Source of the DNA: Winogradskyella sp.
GTDB lineage: Bacteria; Bacteroidota; Bacteroidia; Flavobacteriales; Flavobacteriaceae
NCBI GenBank assembly: GCA_049608525.1
Contig: JBMYXP010000001.1
Location: 30,052 to 94,051 of the forward strand
Reading direction: 5' to 3'
Length of the DNA: 64,000 bases
The position numbers were made by a program, and so were the translations under genes. The notes below the pieces were generated by a model, which did no database searches, was not told the DNA's origin, and was given only the letters and a program-made list of their open reading frames with translations. Shown in pieces: positions 28,991 through 37,631 of this stretch (position 1 is the stretch's first letter; each line of letters begins with the position of its first letter).

Positions 28991-29629
28991 TTAGGTTGTC
29001 GTTGAAGTTATAGCGTACGCACAAGTAAAACCTTCAAACTCTAAAAAGGCTGTGTTGTACCGGTATATTTTGTTTTTGTAATCTATCCAAGCTATGGTTT
29101 TTTTATCTTTAAGCATAAACGGAATTACCAAAAAATGCTCCCTAAACAACATGCCTGGTGTTGCAAAGAGTTTGTATAAGGATTCTTTAATGCCCCAAAT
29201 TACGGTTAGTTTTTTTATGTAGTCTTTAGATTCAGTATTAAGGTATTTAAATTCATAGTCCACAAATTTTTTAGCTATTATGGCAATTTTAGAGCGTTGT
29301 TTTTCAATATCTATACCAACATCAGTATCACTAATAATAACTCCCGAAAACGTAAAAGAATGTGTTATGGAGATTTGTTTTCCATCTCTAAGATGTGGTT
29401 TCCCGTTTTCATTATAATACAAATCTTGGTCTGTGTAACCAAATTCTTGCAACAAGTGTCGCACACTTAAAAACCCCCGTTGGTGCAGCTCGCTTTTCAT
29501 GCTTAAAACACGTTTTAAACTTTCGGGTTTTAACTGTAAGGGTTGCACTAACGCGTTATAAGTTTCTTCTATTTTCCAGATTTTTAGGTCTGTGGTTGCG
29601 TTAACATTAATAGATTTATATAGTGGCAT
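28991..29629 (-). CDS. 4'-phosphopantetheinyl transferase (Sfp-type)
   Basis: GKPHL, ISITHS, VGIDIE, WGIKESLYK. Confidence 0.9.
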   Translation of the reverse strand: MPLYKSINVNATTDLKIWKIEETYNALVQPLQLKPESLKRVLSMKSELHQRGFLSVRHLLQEFGYTDQDLYYNENGKPHLRDGKQISITHSFTFSGVIISDTDVGIDIEKQRSKIAIIAKKFVDYEFKYLNTESKDYIKKLTVIWGIKESLYKLFATPGMLFREHFLVIPFMLKDKKTIAWIDYKNKIYRYNTAFLEFEGFTCAYAITSTTT

Positions 29630-29651
29630 TTAGTATTGTTAATCTTATTGT

Positions 29652-29659
29652 TATCTTTG
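29652..29659 (+). promoter_or_regulatory. -7 element TATCTTTG for ahcY
   Basis: Canonical TAnnTTTG, about 100 nt upstream of the ATG. Confidence 0.55.
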
Positions 29660-29763
29660 CATCGCTTTAGGCAAATTGTGTGTGTTTAATTTAGCGAATT
29701 TAGTTATTTTAATATCCAAAGCCAAAGGTGATTCATTTATTATAAAATTAACAAAATTAAAAC

Positions 29764-31080
29764 ATGAGTACTAAAACTATTGCTTACGTACCAAACAAGG
29801 TAAAAGACATGTCTCTTGCAGCATGGGGAAGAAAAGAAATTGAATTAGCAGAAGCAGAAATGCCTGGTTTAATGAGTTTGCGTGAAGAGTACAAAAACGA
29901 ACAGCCATTAAAAGGGTCTCGTATTGCTGGGTGCTTACACATGACCATACAAACCGCAGTATTAATTGAAACTTTACAAGCTTTGGGTGCAGAAGTTACT
30001 TGGAGTTCTTGTAATATATTTTCTACACAAGATCAAGCTGCTGCTGCAATTGCTGCTGCCGGTACAGCGGTGTATGCTTGGAAAGATATGACAGAAGAAG
30101 AGTTTGACTGGTGTATAGAACAAACTTTATTTTTTGGCGAAGACCGTAAACCATTAAACATGATTTTAGATGATGGTGGTGATTTAACAAATATGGTTTT
30201 AGACCGATATCCAGAATTATCTGCTGGTATTAAAGGTTTGTCTGAAGAAACCACAACTGGTGTTCACAGACTCTATGAGCGTGTAAAAAATGGCACTTTA
30301 ACAATGCCTGCTATTAACGTAAACGATTCTGTAACAAAATCTAAATTTGATAACAAATACGGTTGTAAAGAAAGTGCTGTAGATGCTATCCGCCGTGCAA
30401 CAGATACCATGTTAGCTGGTAAACGTGTTACAGTTTGTGGTTATGGAGATGTTGGTAAAGGTACTGCAGCTTCTTTTAAAGGTGCTGGTAGTATTGTTAC
30501 TATTACAGAAATTGACCCAATTTGTGCATTACAAGCTGCTATGGACGGGTTTGAAGTTAAAAAATTAGAAACAGTCGTAGGTAATAGTGACGTAATAATT
30601 ACAACCACAGGAAACAAAGATATTGTAAGAGCTGAGCACTTTGAAGCTATGAAAGATAAAGTGATTGTTTGTAATATTGGGCACTTTGATAACGAAATAC
30701 AAATGGGTTGGTTAAATGATAACCACGGAGATACTAAAGACACTATTAAACCACAGGTAGATAAATACACTATTAATGGTAAAGATATTATTGTATTAGC
30801 TGAAGGCCGTTTAGTTAACCTAGGTTGTGCAACTGGTCATCCAAGTTTTGTAATGAGTAACTCTTTTACAAACCAAACTTTAGCACAAATAGAACTTTGG
30901 AAAAACAGCGATAAATATAGTAATGATGTGTATATGTTACCAAAGCACTTAGACGAAAAAGTAGCTAAGTTACACTTAGAAAAAATTGGTGTAGAGTTAA
31001 CAGAACTTGCAGGCTACCAAGCAGAATACATTGGTGTTACTGTTGAAGGTCCATACAAACCAGAACATTACCGTTACTAA
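29764..31080 (+). CDS. ahcY: Adenosylhomocysteinase
   Basis: [38 protein letters not shown]. Confidence 0.97.
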   Translation: MSTKTIAYVPNKVKDMSLAAWGRKEIELAEAEMPGLMSLREEYKNEQPLKGSRIAGCLHMTIQTAVLIETLQALGAEVTWSSCNIFSTQDQAAAAIAAAGTAVYAWKDMTEEEFDWCIEQTLFFGEDRKPLNMILDDGGDLTNMVLDRYPELSAGIKGLSEETTTGVHRLYERVKNGTLTMPAINVNDSVTKSKFDNKYGCKESAVDAIRRATDTMLAGKRVTVCGYGDVGKGTAASFKGAGSIVTITEIDPICALQAAMDGFEVKKLETVVGNSDVIITTTGNKDIVRAEHFEAMKDKVIVCNIGHFDNEIQMGWLNDNHGDTKDTIKPQVDKYTINGKDIIVLAEGRLVNLGCATGHPSFVMSNSFTNQTLAQIELWKNSDKYSNDVYMLPKHLDEKVAKLHLEKIGVELTELAGYQAEYIGVTVEGPYKPEHYRY

Positions 31081-31115
31081 TATTCTGTAATATTAGTTAA
31101 CGTATTTAAAAGTAC

Positions 31116-31152
31116 AAAATCGTCTAGAAATTTATTTTTAGGCGATTTTTTT
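31116..31152 (+). terminator. Intrinsic terminator of ahcY
   Basis: AAAATCGTCTAGAAAT/ATTTTTAGGCGATTTT hairpin followed by a T-run. Confidence 0.8.
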
Positions 31153-31254
31153 ATGCTAATTTCAATGCAAAAATGGTATTTTGTTAAGTTTAAATTAAAG
31201 TTATGCCAATTATTGATAAAATAAAGGTGAACTTTTTAAATTTAGGGCAGATAA

Positions 31255-31415
31255 TACCAAAATAGCTTTAAAATGTTGCATATAATTATGTTTCTTTTTC
31301 ATTCATATTTCAATATAAAATAGAACCGTAGCAAATGCTATGCTTATATTTTCTATTTCATCTGAACAAAAAATAATTCAAATTATTTATACAACATTTT
31401 AAAACTATTTTGGTA
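31255..31415 (-). mobile_element. MITE-like dispersed repeat, copy B (161 bp, best-preserved TIRs)
   Basis: TACCAAAATAGCTTTAAAATGTTG ... CAACATTTTAAAACTATTTTGGTA, a 23/24 inverted match with TA at both ends. Confidence 0.8.
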
Positions 31416-31547
31416 TAATTTAGTTGCAGGTATAGCTGCTATTATAGTTTTAATGAAATTAAATTTTGAATTTAATTAAAAAGGATATGGTAATATAAAA
31501 CTAAATTAAAAGCGAAACATTACAGTTTATAATATAAAAAAAATAAC

Positions 31548-32411
31548 ATGACAACAATCACCAGACTGTTTATAACGGTGCTAATCGTTACAGTATCTAC
31601 TCTAAATGCACAAGATTTTCAAGGTGTAGCAACCTATAGAACGCAAACAAAATTCGATCTAAAAATGGATAGCACCAAAATGAAAGATGCTATGCAAACT
31701 AAGATTATAGAGATGATGAAAAAACAGTTTCAAAAGACCTATAAACTTACCTTCAATAAATCGACGTCATTGTACCAGCAAGAAGCAGAGTTAGATAAAC
31801 CACAAGTTGGTGGTAGCGATTTTGTAATTTCTATGGGCAATAGCGGCTCAGACGTGTTATATAAAAACGTCAAAACACAAAGCTATATTGACCAAAAAGA
31901 AACTATGGGTAAAAAGTTTCTAATTAAAGATACAATTTCAAAAATTAAATGGCATCTCGCATCTGAAAGCAAATATATTGGCGAGTACCTCTGTTTTAAA
32001 GCTACTTATACTAAGCAAGTGCCAAAAATGAAGTCTTTAAGTTTTAGTACTAACCCAAATACAGATAACAAAAAAGAAACGGAAGAAGATGAAAAGCCAG
32101 AACTAGAAAATCGTGTAGTAACGGCTTGGTACACACCTCAAATACCCGTAAACAATGGGCCGGCAAAATACCAAGGATTGCCGGGACTTATTTTAGAAAT
32201 TCATGATGGAAAACTTACTATTATTTGCAGTAAAATTGTAATCAATCCCGAAGAGAAAATCGAAATTTCTCAGCCAGAAAAAGGCAAGGAAGTCAACCAA
32301 ACTGAATACGATGACATTATGGAGAAGAAAGCTAAAGAAATGATGGAACGTTTTGCACCAAAAAAAGGTGGTAAACGTGGCGATAGTTTTGAAATAATAA
32401 TTGGCGGTTAA
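31548..32411 (+). CDS. GLPGLI family protein
   Basis: Signal peptide; AWYTPQIP...GP...GLPGLILE. Confidence 0.92.
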   Translation: MTTITRLFITVLIVTVSTLNAQDFQGVATYRTQTKFDLKMDSTKMKDAMQTKIIEMMKKQFQKTYKLTFNKSTSLYQQEAELDKPQVGGSDFVISMGNSGSDVLYKNVKTQSYIDQKETMGKKFLIKDTISKIKWHLASESKYIGEYLCFKATYTKQVPKMKSLSFSTNPNTDNKKETEEDEKPELENRVVTAWYTPQIPVNNGPAKYQGLPGLILEIHDGKLTIICSKIVINPEEKIEISQPEKGKEVNQTEYDDIMEKKAKEMMERFAPKKGGKRGDSFEIIIGG

Positions 32412-32498
32412 TTTATTAACATAGTTTTAACTTTCATGAGCTTTACTTTTGTGCTATCGCATAGTCTTAAGTTTATAAACACTATTAATTTTTTTAAG

Positions 32499-33416
32499 AT
32501 GAAAAAATCAATTCTAAAACTAGCAATACTATTAACAGTAGTGCTTACAAGCACACACACGTTTGCACAAAATTTTCAGGGCAAAGCCTATTACCAAACC
32601 AAAACGACTATGAATATAGATGATTTTGGTGGTAGAGAGATGAGCCCAGCGCGTAAAAAGCAAATTGAAGAGCGCATGAAAGGCTTTTTAGAAAAAGAAT
32701 ACATCTTAACGTTTAACAAAGAAGAATCTATTTATAAAGAAGATGAAAAACTCGAAGCTCCAGGAAGTGGAAGAGGTTTTGGTGGCTTCGCAAGTAGTTT
32801 TACAGGTGGTCCAAAATATAAAAATGTAAAATCTAAAGAAGTACTACAAGATCAAGAATTTTTTGGAAAGGAGTTTTTAATTAAAGACGAATTAAAAACA
32901 CTAGAGTGGAAAATGGGTACAGAAACCAAGCAAATAGGTAAATACACTTGCTTTAAAGCTACAGCAACTAAAACCGTAGATGAGTTTGATTGGAGAAGTA
33001 TGAGAAGACGTGGCAGAGGAAATGAAAACGATAAAAAAGACAATAAAAAAGTAAAAGAGTCTATTAAAAAAGGTGATAGTACAGACACAAAACCTAATGA
33101 CCTATTAAGCGAAATTGAACTGCCAAAGACTATTGAAATTACAGCGTGGTACACACCACAAATACCAATTAATCAAGGTCCAGATAGTTATTGGGGTTTA
33201 CCCGGATTAATCCTAGAAGTTAATGCAGACCGAACAACAATTTTGTGCACAAAAATTGTAATGAACCCTAAGGAAAAAGAAACACTAAATAAGCCTAAAA
33301 AAGGTGACGTGGTAACCCAAGCAGAATACACCAAAATCATCACCAAAAAAATGAAGGAAATGCGCGAAATGTATCGCGGTCGTGGTGGACGTGGTGGCGG
33401 AGGTAGAAGATACTAA
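32499..33416 (+). CDS. GLPGLI family protein (tandem paralog)
   Basis: AWYTPQIP...GLPGLILE. Likely start is ATG 32499, with a -7 box TACTTTTG at 32444. Confidence 0.92.
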   Translation: MKKSILKLAILLTVVLTSTHTFAQNFQGKAYYQTKTTMNIDDFGGREMSPARKKQIEERMKGFLEKEYILTFNKEESIYKEDEKLEAPGSGRGFGGFASSFTGGPKYKNVKSKEVLQDQEFFGKEFLIKDELKTLEWKMGTETKQIGKYTCFKATATKTVDEFDWRSMRRRGRGNENDKKDNKKVKESIKKGDSTDTKPNDLLSEIELPKTIEITAWYTPQIPINQGPDSYWGLPGLILEVNADRTTILCTKIVMNPKEKETLNKPKKGDVVTQAEYTKIITKKMKEMREMYRGRGGRGGGGRRY

Positions 33417-33483
33417 GTTTAACCCATTAAAGGGTTAAAATACATAAAAATTGTATTACATCTACCAATCAAAAAAACCAAAC

Positions 33484-36270
33484 ATGAAAAAATTATTAAT
33501 AGCGTTATGTATAATAGCAGCAAGTAGTTCCTTTGCTCAAATTAAAATGCAAGGTATTGTAAAAGATAGTATTGGCACACCATTAGAGTTGGCAAATGTT
33601 ATAGCCATTAACCAAAAAACAAGTGCTTTAGAGTCTTATGCAATTACCAATGACAAAGGCAAATATATTTTATCCTTAACTAAAAACGGCACTTACAAAA
33701 TACAGGTAAGTTACATTGGTTTAAAAAGTACTGAACAAGTCATTTCCACTGCTGAAGAAAATATTACAAAAGATTTTACATTATTACCAGATAATGCTTT
33801 AGATGCCGTTGAACTTACCTATGAAATGCCCGTAACTATAAAAGGAGATACACTAATCTATAATGCAGATTCTTTTAAAAACGGAAGCGAACGCAAATTA
33901 GAAGACGTTCTAAAAAAACTACCTGGTGTAGAAATAAATGAAGATGGACAAATTGAGGTTGAAGGTACAACCGTTAACAAATTAATGGTTAACGGGAAAG
34001 ATTTTTTTGATGGTGATACAAAATTGGCAACTAAAAATATTCCTTCAAACGCAGTAGATAAAGTACAGGTTTTGCGTAACTACTCAGAAGTTGGGCAACT
34101 CAAAGGTGTTCAAAATAACCAAGATAATGTAGCCATAAACATAAAGTTAAAGGAAGGAAAAGAGAATTTTTGGTTTGGTAATATTACTGCAGGTGCAGGT
34201 AATGCGCCATCGCCAAATGATGAGCTATATTTAATTCAACCAAAACTATTTTATTACAGCCCTAAATACAGTCTCAACCTAATTGGGGATATGAATAATA
34301 TTGGCGAAGTTGCTTTAACTAATAGAGATATTAGAAACTTTGGTGGGGGTTTTAGAATGCCAAGTAGAACAAGTGGCACAAGTATTAATTTAGGAGATAA
34401 TGGACTTGGAGGTTTAACTAACATTGCTAATGCAGAAGAAGTAGTTACAAAATTAGCAACAGCAAATTTCAGTTATTCACCTAATAAGGCTTTAGACTTA
34501 AGTGGGTTTTTAATCTATAATAGTAGCCGATTAAGAACTAGAGAAAATAACTTTATAGATTATATTGAGATTGAAGATAATCCCACAACAGCTATAGATG
34601 AATCTAACATACCACCAGATGAAAGAACAGAACAAACAGGTAGAGAAGCCACCAACCAAGCCATAGCAAAGTTGAGTGCTAACTACAAACCTAATACTAA
34701 TAATCAATTAGATTATGACATATTAGCACGAATTTCTAATGATGAAGAAAGACAAAACTTAGAATCTTCAGTAGTAGGTATTACCAATCAAATTGATACA
34801 GCGAAACCCTATAGTATTAATCAAAATTTTAACTATTACTACACACTAAACGAAAACAATATTTTTGCTTTTGAAGCACAGCATTTAATAAAAGATGAAG
34901 ATCCGTTTTACAATGCCTTATTGGTTAATGACCCAAATAACAATACTGCAGCAAACCCTAATGATAGAGATGCTTTTGATAATTCAGCTGCTAGTTTAGG
35001 CTTCAACCAAGATGAATTAAACTATAATATTAACCAAGAGCAACGTATAAAATCTAATCAATTAGACGCAAAATTAGATTACTATAATATTTTAAATGCC
35101 AAGAGTAATATTAATTTAACCTTGGGTACCATTTTAAGTAATCAAAAATTTAATTCTAATATTTTTCAATTTTTAGATGATGGTACATTATTTAATCCTA
35201 CACCAACAACAACAGATACAGATGGTAATATTTTAGGAAGAACTAATGCTATTGAATATAGTTTTAGTGATGTTTATTTAGGTGTACATTATAGGCTGAA
35301 AGCAGGAAAATTTACAATTACACCAGGATTGTCAGTACATGCTTACGGAAACAAGAACACACAATTTGGACAAACGTTTGAAGATAATTTCTTTAAAATC
35401 TTACCAGATTTTGAAACACGTATTCAGTTTAAGAAAAGTGAAAGCCTTACCTTTAATTATAGAATGAATACGGCATTTACAGATGTTACAAATTTAGCTG
35501 AAGGTTTGGTGTTAAATAATGTTAATAATATAAGCTTTGGTAACTCAGAGTTACAAAATTCTTTATCTCATAATCTAAGTTTATTTTATAGAAGTTTCAA
35601 TCTATTTAATTACACTAATGTATTTGCGGGTGTTAACTATAGTAAAAATATTGATCAAATACGGTCTTTAACAAATTTTGAAAGTGTTATAAGAACAAGT
35701 AGTTTCTTTAACTCGCAATTTGCCGATGAGAGTGCTACTGTTTTTGGTAGAGTGCAGCGTACTTTTGGTAAAGTACGAGCAAGTCTAAGAGCCAACTTTA
35801 ATTACAGTAAAAACAATCAGTTTGTACAAGGTACTCAATCTGTAAACGAAAGTTTTACGCAAAGCTACAGACCAGAAATTCGTACTAATTTTAGAGAAGC
35901 TCCAAATGTGAGGTTGAGGTATGGCTATACTATAAGACATAATGACCAAGGGAGTAACTCTACAAAATTTATTACCAACGCACCATCTATTGAGTTTGAT
36001 GCTTATATCTGGAATGCTCTAACATTTGTTACAGACTTTACCTATACAAGCCAAGAAAGTAACGGGCAGACAGATGTCTTTAAAACATGGAACGCATCAT
36101 TAGGTTACAGAAAAGACAGAGATGCCAAATGGGAGTACTCACTTAGAGCGTCTAACTTGTTAAATATAGATTCTAATAGTAGCAATGGAGCTGGTAATAT
36201 TTCGGTTTTTAATTCTGAAACGTTTGTACAACCAAGGTTTATAACTTTTAGGTTAACATATACGCTTTAA
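33484..36270 (+). CDS. Outer-membrane beta-barrel (TonB-receptor-like) with N-terminal CarboxypepD_reg domain
   Basis: Signal peptide. KGDTLIYNADSF...LKKLPGVE...VNGKDFF. C-terminal PRFITFRLTYTL. Confidence 0.8.
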   Translation: MKKLLIALCIIAASSSFAQIKMQGIVKDSIGTPLELANVIAINQKTSALESYAITNDKGKYILSLTKNGTYKIQVSYIGLKSTEQVISTAEENITKDFTLLPDNALDAVELTYEMPVTIKGDTLIYNADSFKNGSERKLEDVLKKLPGVEINEDGQIEVEGTTVNKLMVNGKDFFDGDTKLATKNIPSNAVDKVQVLRNYSEVGQLKGVQNNQDNVAINIKLKEGKENFWFGNITAGAGNAPSPNDELYLIQPKLFYYSPKYSLNLIGDMNNIGEVALTNRDIRNFGGGFRMPSRTSGTSINLGDNGLGGLTNIANAEEVVTKLATANFSYSPNKALDLSGFLIYNSSRLRTRENNFIDYIEIEDNPTTAIDESNIPPDERTEQTGREATNQAIAKLSANYKPNTNNQLDYDILARISNDEERQNLESSVVGITNQIDTAKPYSINQNFNYYYTLNENNIFAFEAQHLIKDEDPFYNALLVNDPNNNTAANPNDRDAFDNSAASLGFNQDELNYNINQEQRIKSNQLDAKLDYYNILNAKSNINLTLGTILSNQKFNSNIFQFLDDGTLFNPTPTTTDTDGNILGRTNAIEYSFSDVYLGVHYRLKAGKFTITPGLSVHAYGNKNTQFGQTFEDNFFKILPDFETRIQFKKSESLTFNYRMNTAFTDVTNLAEGLVLNNVNNISFGNSELQNSLSHNLSLFYRSFNLFNYTNVFAGVNYSKNIDQIRSLTNFESVIRTSSFFNSQFADESATVFGRVQRTFGKVRASLRANFNYSKNNQFVQGTQSVNESFTQSYRPEIRTNFREAPNVRLRYGYTIRHNDQGSNSTKFITNAPSIEFDAYIWNALTFVTDFTYTSQESNGQTDVFKTWNASLGYRKDRDAKWEYSLRASNLLNIDSNSSNGAGNISVFNSETFVQPRFITFRLTYTL

Positions 36271-36306
36271 CATAACAATAAGATTTTAAATAGGCTACAA
36301 TAATGT

Positions 36307-36345
36307 AAAAAGCCTTCTCAATAAATTTTGAGAAGGCTTTTTTTT
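36307..36345. terminator. Bidirectional terminator
   Basis: AAAAGCCTTCTCAA/TTGAGAAGGCTTTT between convergent genes. Confidence 0.88.
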
Positions 36346-36369
36346 GTAAAGATTATGTGGCTTTGAGAT

Positions 36370-37584
36370 TTACAACTCTAAAGCTTTTTTAATAGCGTTA
36401 TTCATTAACAATTCTACCGGGTTTTCTAATGCTTCTTTTATAGCTACTAAGAACCCTACAGACTCTTTACCATCAATTATTCTATGGTCGTAAGATAAAG
36501 CAACATACATCATTGGTCGTATTACAACCTCACCATTTACGGCAACAGGTCGCTCAATGATATTGTGCATACCTAAAATACCACTTTGAGGTGGGTTTAT
36601 GATTGGAGTAGATAACATGCTGCCAAACACACCTCCATTAGATATCGTAAATGTACCGCCTGTCATTTCATCGACTGTAATTTGTCCATCTCTAGCTCTA
36701 ATTGCTAAGCGTTTTACTTCAGCTTCTACACCTCTAAATGATAAATTTTCAGCATTTCTAATTACTGGTACCATCAATCCTTTTGGTCCAGAAACTGCAA
36801 TACTAATATCTACAAAATCGTAAGACAACATTTCTTTACCATCTATCATAGAATTTACAGCAGGATAGAGTTTTAAGGCTCTAACTACTGCTAGTGTAAA
36901 GAAACTCATAAACCCAAGACCAACACCGTGCTTTGCTTTAAAGTCTTCTTTATATTGCTTGCGTAAATCAAAAATGGGCTGCATATCTACCTCATTAAAT
37001 GTGGTTAACATTGCAGTTGTGTTTTTAGCTTCAACCAAACGCTCTGCTACTTTACGACGAAGCATTGACATTTTGCTACGAGATGTACCTCTGTTTCCAC
37101 CAGTTGGTGTGCCCATAGAAGGTACAGCTTTTACGGCATCATCTTTAGTAATTCGGCCGTCTTTACCTGTGCCAGTAATTAAACGCGCATCCATACCTTT
37201 TTCAGCTAATACTTTTTTTGCGGCTGGGCTTGCAGAACCAGTTGCATAGGTTTTAGATGCAGAAGCAACAGGTTGAGGTGCTTCTTCTTTTGGTGCTTCT
37301 TCTTTTACCTCGGCTTTAGATGACGTATCAGAACCTTCAGGTTTTGCAGCACTTGTATCAATTAAGCAAACAACTGCGCCAACGGCAACAGCATCACCTT
37401 CTTCTGCTTTTAGTGTTATTGTTCCGCTTGCTTCTGCGGGTAACTCTAAAGTTGCTTTATCGCTATCTACCTCGGCAATAGCTTGGTCTTTTTCTACATA
37501 ATCTCCGTCTTGCACTAACCATTCTGCAATTTCTACTTCAGTGATTGACTCGCCTGGTGAAGGCACTTTCATTTCTAAAATCAT
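36370..37584 (-). CDS. sucB: 2-oxoglutarate dehydrogenase E2
   Basis: Lipoyl motif [27 protein letters not shown]. Confidence 0.96.
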   Translation of the reverse strand: MILEMKVPSPGESITEVEIAEWLVQDGDYVEKDQAIAEVDSDKATLELPAEASGTITLKAEEGDAVAVGAVVCLIDTSAAKPEGSDTSSKAEVKEEAPKEEAPQPVASASKTYATGSASPAAKKVLAEKGMDARLITGTGKDGRITKDDAVKAVPSMGTPTGGNRGTSRSKMSMLRRKVAERLVEAKNTTAMLTTFNEVDMQPIFDLRKQYKEDFKAKHGVGLGFMSFFTLAVVRALKLYPAVNSMIDGKEMLSYDFVDISIAVSGPKGLMVPVIRNAENLSFRGVEAEVKRLAIRARDGQITVDEMTGGTFTISNGGVFGSMLSTPIINPPQSGILGMHNIIERPVAVNGEVVIRPMMYVALSYDHRIIDGKESVGFLVAIKEALENPVELLMNNAIKKALEL

Positions 37585-37631
37585 CGTTCTGTAATTTTAT
37601 TTTTAAGCTCTAATTTGAGTTGTATTATTGT

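Noticed and set aside
29630-29763. Canonical SAH or SAM riboswitch
   Set aside because: Consensus cores not recognised; kept only as a weak novel-leader candidate.
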